From positions 19,070 to 83,069 of the forward strand of contig CALSNM010000004.1 of the NCBI GenBank assembly GCA_943787725.1: DNA of 64,000 bases, read 5' to 3'. The notes below the pieces were generated by a model. The model did not search any database. It was not told where the DNA came from and saw only the letters and a program-made list of their open reading frames with translations. This document shows, piece by piece, positions 49,811 to 58,147 of the stretch. The translations under genes were made by a program, and so were the position numbers. Positions within the stretch are counted from its first letter, which is position 1; each line of letters begins with the position of its first letter. This stretch comes from an uncultured Flavobacteriales bacterium (lineage in GTDB: Bacteria; Bacteroidota; Bacteroidia; Flavobacteriales_D; Parvicellaceae).

Positions 49811-50910
49811 ATGAGCGATACAACTTCAGATTTTAAATCAACTGCCCTTACACATATACATGAGCAACTAGGAGCGAAAATGGTTCCTTTTGCAGGCTAC
49901 TTAATGCCTGTTCAATACGAAGGTGTTAATGCTGAGCACGAAATAGTAAGAAAAGGTGTTGGAGTATTTGATGTTTCGCATATGGGAGAGTTTTTATTAA
50001 AAGGACCCAATGCTTTGGATTTAATTCAACGTGTTACTTCTAACGATGCTTCCAAATTATTTGATGGTAGAGCTCAATATACCTGTTTACCTAACGAAAC
50101 AGGTGGAATAGTAGATGATTTATTGGTTTATAGAATTTCTGACGAAGAGTATTTACTCGTTGTTAATGCCTCAAACATAGAAAAAGATTGGAATTGGATT
50201 AGTAAATACAATACGAAAGGTGTTGTAATGGAAAACATTTCTGACAACATGGCCTTATTAGCTGTGCAAGGTCCTAAAGCAACTGAAGCATTACAAAAAT
50301 TAACTGATGTAAATTTAAGTGAAGTAAAATACTATCATTTTTCAAAAGGAACTTTTGCTGGAGTTGATAATGTAATATTATCTGCTACGGGCTATACCGG
50401 ATCTGGAGGATTCGAACTATATGTTCCAAATGCAGTAGCAGAGGAAGTCTGGAAAAAAGTTTTTGAAGCGGGTGAAGAATTTGGGATTAAACCAATTGGT
50501 TTAGCTGCAAGAGATACATTAAGATTAGAAATGGGTTATTGTTTATATGGAAATGATATTAGCGATACTACATCACCTTTAGAAGCTGGATTAGGATGGG
50601 TAACTAAGTTTACCAAAGAATTTACTAATTCTACCGCACTTCAAGCACAAAAAGAAGCAGGTGTTACTCGTAAATTGGTTGGATTCGAATTAGTTGACAG
50701 AGGTATCCCAAGACACGATTATCCAATTGTTGATGCAAATGGAAATGAAATTGGAATTGTAACTTCTGGAACAATGGCGCCTTCTTTGAAAGAAAGCTAT
50801 TGGACTAGGGTATGTTACCAACTGAGTTTGCTTCTGAAGGAAGTGAAATATACATTCAGGTAAGACAAAAACAATTAAAAGCCACGGTTGCAAAACCACC
50901 TTTTAAATAG
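49811..50910 (+). pseudogene. gcvT: Glycine cleavage system aminomethyltransferase GcvT, two 1-nt insertions near 50795 and 50818
   Basis: Track ORF 49811..50863 is GcvT-like up to [12 protein letters not shown]. Removing one a at each site restores [37 protein letters not shown], ending at TAG 50908..50910. Confidence 0.85.
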
Positions 50911-50920
50911 GAAAAACGGT

Positions 50921-51157
50921 ATGGATAGTATTGAATCATTTATTGCTCTTGCAATTGGTCTATTTGGGTTAATAATTAGTATTGTTCTAGCTGTAAATAT
51001 TATTAAAACTGGTAAGTACTCAGAGATGACTTACAACTTATTAAAAAAAGAGTTTGAGAATAAAAACAAACCTAAGATTGATAATACAGGTAAAAAGTCA
51101 GGTAACTCTAAAATTCATGACGTTTGGGACCAAATTCAAAAAGACAAAACCCAATAA
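50921..51157 (+). CDS. Small membrane protein, hypothetical
   Basis: ATG 50921 gives MDSIESFIALAIGLFGLIISIVLAVNIIK, one TM segment with a Lys-rich tail. The track start at 50888 overlaps the gcvT end. Confidence 0.4.
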   Translation: MDSIESFIALAIGLFGLIISIVLAVNIIKTGKYSEMTYNLLKKEFENKNKPKIDNTGKKSGNSKIHDVWDQIQKDKTQ

Positions 51158-51166
51158 TATCATTCT

Positions 51167-51892
51167 ATGAAAAACAGAAAAAAAGTTGAAGTTTGTTTTA
51201 CTCCTAACTTATTCGATTTGCATGCTGAAGATGCTGAAATCGTTGTTGTTATTGATGTATTGCGCGCCACTACTGCTATGTGCACAGCATTTGACAATGG
51301 CGTAGCGAAAATGATTCCTGTAGCGACTTTAGAAGAAGCCTTCGAATACAAAAAGAAGGGATTTATTGTAGCTGCTGAGCGTGGCGGAGAAATAGTCGAA
51401 GGTTTTGATATTGGAAACTCCCCTGCTAGCTATATGGGCAATAAGTTTGAAGGAGAAACAATTGTTATTACTACCACAAATGGAACAAAAGCTATTCACA
51501 CTGCACGAAATGCCGCAACCGTAGTTATTGGATCCTTCACGAATCTAGATGCTTTGAGCGAATGGTTGATTGAACAAGACAAAAATGTTCTTATACTAGG
51601 TTCAGGATGGAAAAGTAAGTTCTGTTTGGAAGATACAATGTGTGCAGGGGCCTTTGTCGAAAACCTTCAAAACAGTGGCAAATTTAGATGCGAAGATGAT
51701 TCTTCTGTAGCCGCTAAATTCATGTACATCCAGGCCAAGGATAATTATCTCAGTTATTTAAAAGCTTCTTCTCATCGAGTAAGACTTGCAGCATTAGATT
51801 TGAACGAGGATATAAAATATTGCCTTACTCCGAACACTTCAAGTGTAATTCCCATTTTAAAAGGCAATTATTTAGTTAAGCTGGAAACATAA
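51167..51892 (+). CDS. comB: 2-phosphosulfolactate phosphatase family protein (ComB-like)
   Basis: VVVIDVLRATTAMCTAFDNG and AAERGG...GFDIGNSP are typical of the ComB family. Confidence 0.7.
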   Translation: MKNRKKVEVCFTPNLFDLHAEDAEIVVVIDVLRATTAMCTAFDNGVAKMIPVATLEEAFEYKKKGFIVAAERGGEIVEGFDIGNSPASYMGNKFEGETIVITTTNGTKAIHTARNAATVVIGSFTNLDALSEWLIEQDKNVLILGSGWKSKFCLEDTMCAGAFVENLQNSGKFRCEDDSSVAAKFMYIQAKDNYLSYLKASSHRVRLAALDLNEDIKYCLTPNTSSVIPILKGNYLVKLET

Positions 51893-52870
51893 TCACATCG
51901 CTGTGTAAAGAATACCTATCAAGTCTGTGTCATCTTCAGCTAATGTTCTGCTATACATGGGTAAATCAATCGAATTATTCCCTGTTACCGCTGCTCCAAC
52001 AGTAACAGCAGCATCATCCATAAAGTAAACTTCATCTTCTTCTAAACTAAATTCTTCTATTACTTCAGCCGTAGCGGGTGTTATTGCTGAAATCACTAAT
52101 TTATCATTTGCTGTAGCGACCTTTTCTTTATCCTTTGAAATACCCTTTTTAAAAGATTCTTCGGACTCATTCAAATTATTATCATTACTACGATAATCTA
52201 AATTCGCAGCAATAGACAAATCAGACTCTACACTTTCAATAGGTTGCGCATCATACATGAAATCTGCTGCTATAACTTTATTTTCAACACTCTCAAGTTT
52301 TTCTTCAATTGCAACTTCGTTTAAAGTAGTAATTTCCTTTTCTAGATCCTGCGCAACTGGTTCAAGATTCTCTACCAAGTTCTTTTCTTCATTCGCTTCG
52401 TCTATTTCTAATTTGCTATGTGTTTCAACTGTTTCTTCCTCTGACTCAACACCTTCATTTTGAGCCAATACTGAATTATTAATATCAGCATTACTATTAA
52501 AAGCTATAGTTACAATTAGCAATACAGAAGCTGCCAATCCAATCAATTGCATACCAGGCTTTTGATACAACTTTTTCTCTTTTGGAAAAAGCGAAATAAA
52601 CATTCCATTCAACCAATAAGCTCCAGCGGGTTTTTGTTTATCAAACTCTTTTAATAGAGCAGCTTTTATCGCTGGATTTGGCTCCAATTGTTTTTCTTCT
52701 TTAGATAAATTACTTACCCCAACCACCACGGATTTCATTTCATTGAATTCTTGTTCAGACTCCACATACTCTTTAACAATAGCAAGCTCATCTATAGTCA
52801 ACTCATTGTAATCTCGGTTCAACAAGTAAAATTCAACATCCATTTTCGATCTATTTCTATCTTCCATCAT
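51893..52870 (-). CDS. Putative anti-sigma factor, single-pass, highly acidic extracytoplasmic region
   Basis: It lies immediately downstream of the ECF sigma gene. There is one TM segment (LIGLAASVLLIVTIAF) and an E/D-rich tail. Confidence 0.4.
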   Translation of the reverse strand: MMEDRNRSKMDVEFYLLNRDYNELTIDELAIVKEYVESEQEFNEMKSVVVGVSNLSKEEKQLEPNPAIKAALLKEFDKQKPAGAYWLNGMFISLFPKEKKLYQKPGMQLIGLAASVLLIVTIAFNSNADINNSVLAQNEGVESEEETVETHSKLEIDEANEEKNLVENLEPVAQDLEKEITTLNEVAIEEKLESVENKVIAADFMYDAQPIESVESDLSIAANLDYRSNDNNLNESEESFKKGISKDKEKVATANDKLVISAITPATAEVIEEFSLEEDEVYFMDDAAVTVGAAVTGNNSIDLPMYSRTLAEDDTDLIGILYTAM

Positions 52871-52877
52871 CAGTCGT

Positions 52878-53510
52878 TTATATAATATACTGTATTAATT
52901 CTATTAAACACACTCCAACCATTATAGTCTTTGCAACCGGTGAAAATTCTTTCAAGTTTTTACCTAATTTTTTTACTGTATAAAATATCCTAGACTTTAC
53001 AGTTCCTTCGCTCGTTTCAAGAATTTCTGCAATGTCTTTTATACTCAGGTCATGTTTAAAACGAAGAATGAAAGTCTTTTTATGATTTTCACTCAACAAC
53101 TCCAACTCTTCTTTTAATCGGTCATTGAAAATATTTTTATCATGCTCTTTATCGGGCGCAGAACTATCATGAACAATTATGTTATCATGCAAGCTGTTTG
53201 ATGTTCCCTTTCTAACCTCTGCTCTTCTATACTCGTTTTTACACATGTTATTTGCTACACTATAAATCCAAGTTTTAAAGGCTCTGCTTGGGTTATATAA
53301 TTGTGGTTTATGAATAATCTTCGTGAAGATCTCTTGCATAAAATCCTCTGCTTTTTCTCTGTCCTGCCACAACATTTTATAAAAATAATTGAGCATAGGC
53401 TTACTCCATCTATCGTAAATTTCCGAAAATGCAAGATTATTACCCTTAATAACTTCTCTCATAAGGTTTTCGTCCGTTTCCGCAGTATATGATTTCTTTA
53501 CGAGTTGCAT
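52878..53510 (-). CDS. ECF-type RNA polymerase sigma-70 factor
   Basis: Region 2 FSEIYDRWSKPMLNYFYKML...EDFMQEIFTKI and region 4 LSENHKKTFILRFKHDLSIKDIAEILETSEGTVKSRIFY. Confidence 0.8.
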   Translation of the reverse strand: MQLVKKSYTAETDENLMREVIKGNNLAFSEIYDRWSKPMLNYFYKMLWQDREKAEDFMQEIFTKIIHKPQLYNPSRAFKTWIYSVANNMCKNEYRRAEVRKGTSNSLHDNIIVHDSSAPDKEHDKNIFNDRLKEELELLSENHKKTFILRFKHDLSIKDIAEILETSEGTVKSRIFYTVKKLGKNLKEFSPVAKTIMVGVCLIELIQYII

Positions 53511-53516
53511 GTAAGC

Positions 53517-54620
53517 TTATTTCTTCGCTTCAATGTATTTTTTAACTTCCAGTTCTTTCCCTCCTTCACTAGCCAGTTTTAATGCCAAAGCTTCAGAACT
53601 CTTCGCTTCGCTTATTTTTCCGTTATCGGAATAATACCCGTTTAAAACCAATAGCGGCAATATATAATTGTTGTTCATTTTTTTGGTTTTCGGATTTGTT
53701 ACCGTCTTGTTTAACGATTCTGTATTAAACGAAAACTCCCAATTGTTTTGAAGAATAGTAACGTTATCAATCGCATTTTCACTGTACTTTAAAACCAAAC
53801 CTGTTAAATACAATTTTGACTTCAAATCAATCAACGCCTTTGGGTTTATTGTAAGTGCAATATTAATTGGCCTATTGGAATTATTTTTAACCACTTCTTT
53901 TACAATCCCAACTGGCTCCTTACTTTTTATTGGGTAAATATTTAACGACTTCAATTTTACTTTTTGATATTCTAAATTTTGAATTAAGTCAAGATTTAAT
54001 ACCGTTACATCTGTTCTCTTATTGTGTATTTCTTGCCAAATCCAAAGAGGGTAAGTATCATCAGCACCATTGGTAAATAAAATAGCATTTGGCTCTAATG
54101 ACATCAATACATTATAGTTGTAATCCATAACACCTTGCGCTATGGTATTACTCTCAGCAAGTTTTTTGCAAAACTGGTTTTTCCCTTGTCTGTTATTTGT
54201 CAACTCATAATGAGCTATAAAATCATCATACAACTCTACATTATTTGGATATATTTCATAGGCTTTTTCAAGGTGATGAAACGCTTGCGGATCTTGATTA
54301 GAATTTAGATAAGCTACATAATGGTATTCATAACTTTCAGAATGCATAGACTCCAAATCAGTTAATATAGAATTAAGGTTCTTTTGTTCTTCTTCAGAAA
54401 TTTCTTTCGAGTATTTATTTACAGAGTTCCTTTTTAAATCGATATAACTCTTTTTATAGTTATCTGCACTTTGAACAGGAAATTGTTCAGCACCCATTAA
54501 CCCAGACGATTTCGATTTTGCAGCCGCTGCCTCGGTATCTTTCTCTGCCTGACCAACAATAATAGCTGGTAACAAGAAAATTAAAATTATTAATAAACGG
54601 TTCATTGCTTTGTTTTTCAA
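53517..54620 (-). CDS. Hypothetical secreted protein, first gene of the ECF sigma operon
   Basis: 367 aa with a signal peptide. No motif recognised. Confidence 0.45.
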   Translation of the reverse strand: MKNKAMNRLLIILIFLLPAIIVGQAEKDTEAAAAKSKSSGLMGAEQFPVQSADNYKKSYIDLKRNSVNKYSKEISEEEQKNLNSILTDLESMHSESYEYHYVAYLNSNQDPQAFHHLEKAYEIYPNNVELYDDFIAHYELTNNRQGKNQFCKKLAESNTIAQGVMDYNYNVLMSLEPNAILFTNGADDTYPLWIWQEIHNKRTDVTVLNLDLIQNLEYQKVKLKSLNIYPIKSKEPVGIVKEVVKNNSNRPINIALTINPKALIDLKSKLYLTGLVLKYSENAIDNVTILQNNWEFSFNTESLNKTVTNPKTKKMNNNYILPLLVLNGYYSDNGKISEAKSSEALALKLASEGGKELEVKKYIEAKK

Positions 54621-54788
54621 TGGTTACCCGTAAAGATAAATAAAGTTCATTTAGAAGTTCATAAATATGAATAAATTGACTTTCACCTACTTAAACCCCA
54701 CTAAGTATTATCTGGCACACATCGATTTATATTCATTTTTTTTTATATTTACTGTAATAACAAAATGCACTTTCAATTTATGTTAAAT

Positions 54789-56180
54789 ATGAAAATACTT
54801 TCTACACTTATTTTTTCTTTACTTACAACAATTTTATTTGCTCAAACAGTTAATTACCAAGTTGAGATAGTTGAATTCCGCATTAGTGGATGCGATGACG
54901 GTTTTGGGTCTGATGAAGAACCAACCTGGAAAGCATGGGGTAGAGATGATATAAACACTGCGTTTGTCGGTGGCTCATGCTTCGAACAAGATGCAAATGA
55001 ACCATTTACGCACAATGTAGGAAACACGCTATTAATAGCTCAAAGCGCAACCAATGCAACAGCGATAGATATTAAACTCGAGGCTTGGGAAGATGACAAT
55101 ATTAGCTCTGCAGACAGATGCAGTTATGACTCCGGGGATGATTGCCATGTAGACAATGTATTTCCAAGTATCATTTTTCAAAATGATCCACATTGTACAT
55201 GGAACCAGTACGTTTTAACAAGTGGTAATTTCTCGGTAGTTGTAAGAATCAATTGGGAGTATACGATATTTGATGGAGGAACAAATGTAATTGATTGTAG
55301 TACCACAGTCTCATTAGCTTCTCAAGGTAGTGGAAGCTGGTCTGTACTCTCTGGAAACAATGGAAGTTTTGCAGATATTAATGATCCTTCTACAAATTTT
55401 TCTGGTAGCCTTGGGTCTTATGCACTGTTATGGAGTAGTTTTCCAAATTGCTTAAATGTCTATGCCCCAGACACAGTAACTGTTGACTTTATATCCACCC
55501 CTTCACCCAATATGACTGTCTCTTCAAATACTATTTGTGAAGGAACTGACGTTACATTCAATGCTCAAAATGGAACAATTTACGATTGGTCATTAAACAC
55601 AAACGGAAATATAGTACAAAGTGATGGTTCAGGTCAATTTGTTCTTACGCCTTCGATTGCTGATGACATAGTTTATGTTTCTTCAAATAACGGAACTTGC
55701 TCAGGAACAGACAGTATTTCTTTTACTGTAAACCCATCACCAACACCTACTATTTCGGAAAATGGTGGTATCTTGTCGACTCAAACATATCCTGTTTATT
55801 TGTGGTATTTTAATGGCTCTCCTATTCCAGGGGCCACAAGTATAGACTATGTTCCTACGCAAGGAGGTTCGTATTATGTAGAAGTTTTGAACTCAAGTGG
55901 GTGTTTAGGACAATCGGATCCAATTGCATTTAGTGCTGTTGGGATTGACGAATTGATGACCAACTTGTCTATATACCCAAATCCCACCTCTGGAGTTTTA
56001 CATGTTCAATCTGAATTGCCAATTACTTTTGCAACAGTTTATAACTCAATTGGCAAAAAGGTCCAAGTTAGTTTAATTAACAACGAATTGGATTTATCAC
56101 AATTATCAAGTGGTTTATATATTGTTAGTCTTTCAATAAATAGCCATATCATTACAAAAAGAGTTATCCTTTCTAAATAA
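54789..56180 (+). CDS. T9SS type A-CTD cargo with unrecognised Cys-rich N-terminal module (paralog of the next gene)
   Basis: Signal peptide MKILSTLIFSLLTTILFAQ and a shared module (see findings). C-terminal sorting domain LSIYPNPTSGVLHVQS...GLYIVSLSINSHIITKRVILSK. The track start is 54765. Confidence 0.75.
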   Translation: MKILSTLIFSLLTTILFAQTVNYQVEIVEFRISGCDDGFGSDEEPTWKAWGRDDINTAFVGGSCFEQDANEPFTHNVGNTLLIAQSATNATAIDIKLEAWEDDNISSADRCSYDSGDDCHVDNVFPSIIFQNDPHCTWNQYVLTSGNFSVVVRINWEYTIFDGGTNVIDCSTTVSLASQGSGSWSVLSGNNGSFADINDPSTNFSGSLGSYALLWSSFPNCLNVYAPDTVTVDFISTPSPNMTVSSNTICEGTDVTFNAQNGTIYDWSLNTNGNIVQSDGSGQFVLTPSIADDIVYVSSNNGTCSGTDSISFTVNPSPTPTISENGGILSTQTYPVYLWYFNGSPIPGATSIDYVPTQGGSYYVEVLNSSGCLGQSDPIAFSAVGIDELMTNLSIYPNPTSGVLHVQSELPITFATVYNSIGKKVQVSLINNELDLSQLSSGLYIVSLSINSHIITKRVILSK

Positions 56181-56187
56181 ATTATAA

Positions 56188-58128
56188 ATGAAAAAAATAT
56201 TACTATTACTTACAGCATTAGTATCCTTTGGTACGCTGTATTCTCAAAACATAAATTATACCGTTGAAATTGTGGAGTACTATGCAGCGGATGGATGCCC
56301 ATCAGATGGATTTGGTTTTGATGAAGAAGTAACATGGAAATGCTATATGTCAGATGATGGAAGTATTACAAATGCCGGTGGTTTCTGTGAAGCTTGGAAT
56401 AATAATGTTCCTATGAACTATACAGGTCACTCCAACGTTGTTATTATTAATGAAACGAACACTACTGCTTCTAATCTCACCGTTCAACTAGAAGCTTGGG
56501 AAGATGATGACATATCAAATGCACCTGGATCAGCAGATAGATGTTCCTACAATGGTGGAGGAGGACTCAATGGTGATGATTGTTATGTAAATCAAACCTT
56601 TACTGCATTTGATTTTAGATTGGACCCGCATTGCCAATGGAATTCATATTCATTTAATGCTGGTGATTTTCGCGTAACAATAAAAGTTAAATGGGAATAT
56701 TCAGATTTTACTGCAGTTACTCCCATTACAGGGTGTGGATCTCTGGCAGAGTTAAGTGCTCAGGGAAGCGGAGAATGGAGTATTATCGCGGGCACAGGTG
56801 GATCCTTTACGAATCAATTTGACACCAATGCCGTTATGAATGGAGTTGTTGGAAATACGTATCAATTAAATTGGTCTTACCTTTCTGGATGCATCACTAC
56901 TACTATCCCTCCCATAAACGTAGATGTAAATATGCTAGCAGATCCGATTCCAAGCCTAGCTACCTCCTCAAATCTTTGTGAAAATGGAGACTTAATATTT
57001 ACTGCTAGTAATGGTATTTCATATGATTGGGCTACTGGAAACCAAGGAAATACGATAAATACAACACCCAATGGAATAGACACCATTTTTAATGTGACTT
57101 CGGGAGATTTACCTATTTATGTAACTGTTACGGATGCAAACGGCTGTGTCGCCACTGAATCGTGGTCTTCAGCACTTACAGCTGGTCCACCAGTGGACTT
57201 AGGTAATGACACAACTATCTGTTCTGGAACAACAGCTACATTGGATGCATTTTCTGGTTTGTTTTCTTATAGTTGGAACAATGGAGAAACCGCTTCAATT
57301 ATTTCCCCTTCCTCTGCAGGAGAATACATCGCAGAAGTGACGGATTTAGCAAGTGGCTGTGCTGGCTACGACACGGTGAACGTTAGTGTTTTCCCTCCTT
57401 CTTTACTCTTTTTAGGGTATGATATTGAATTTTGTATTGGCGATACAGTGATTTTAGATGCGCAACCAGGATTTACATCTTATACATGGTCGGATGGAAC
57501 CACTAATCAAACAAACACTATTACGGACTTTGGAGAAGTTTCTGTTACCATTGTTGATACAAACACATGTGTATTGCAAGACACAATTAACTTCTCACCT
57601 GTATACACATATTATTCCTTATATAATGACACGACTATTTTCTTGGGTAACTCTATTATACTTGAAGGTCCAAATGGAGTTTCTCACCTGTGGAATAACG
57701 GATTAACAACACAAGACATAACCATGTCTCCAATAGAAGACACCACTTACATTGTAACGGCTTTGCAAGCAAATGGATGTTATGATGTTGCAGATGTAAA
57801 TGTTATTATAAATGAAGAACTTAACTTTTTTATTCCAAATTTATTTACACCAAATGGTGATCAAACGAATGACCTATTTTTAATTTATGGAAATGGAATA
57901 AATGAAGATAATTTCAATTTCACTATTTATAACAGATGGGGCGAAATTGTTTTTCAAACCACTGATGTAAACGAAATGCTAACAAATGGTTGGGATGGAT
58001 TTTCTAATGGAGAGCAACAACCTGTTGGAACCTATGTATGGGTAATGGCAGGATTCCAAGATGACAATGACAATACCCCACTTCAATTTGAAGGAAAAAA
58101 TACAGGAACTATTTTACTAAAACGATAA
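56188..58128 (+). CDS. T9SS type B-CTD (gliding-motility-associated C-terminal domain) cargo with the same N-terminal module
   Basis: Signal peptide. C-terminus FFIPNLFTPNGDQTNDLFLIYG...FTIYNRWGEIVFQT...WDGFSNGEQQPVGTYVWVMAG. Confidence 0.8.
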   Translation: MKKILLLLTALVSFGTLYSQNINYTVEIVEYYAADGCPSDGFGFDEEVTWKCYMSDDGSITNAGGFCEAWNNNVPMNYTGHSNVVIINETNTTASNLTVQLEAWEDDDISNAPGSADRCSYNGGGGLNGDDCYVNQTFTAFDFRLDPHCQWNSYSFNAGDFRVTIKVKWEYSDFTAVTPITGCGSLAELSAQGSGEWSIIAGTGGSFTNQFDTNAVMNGVVGNTYQLNWSYLSGCITTTIPPINVDVNMLADPIPSLATSSNLCENGDLIFTASNGISYDWATGNQGNTINTTPNGIDTIFNVTSGDLPIYVTVTDANGCVATESWSSALTAGPPVDLGNDTTICSGTTATLDAFSGLFSYSWNNGETASIISPSSAGEYIAEVTDLASGCAGYDTVNVSVFPPSLLFLGYDIEFCIGDTVILDAQPGFTSYTWSDGTTNQTNTITDFGEVSVTIVDTNTCVLQDTINFSPVYTYYSLYNDTTIFLGNSIILEGPNGVSHLWNNGLTTQDITMSPIEDTTYIVTALQANGCYDVADVNVIINEELNFFIPNLFTPNGDQTNDLFLIYGNGINEDNFNFTIYNRWGEIVFQTTDVNEMLTNGWDGFSNGEQQPVGTYVWVMAGFQDDNDNTPLQFEGKNTGTILLKR

Positions 58129-58147
58129 CCAACAGAAAAACTAGATT

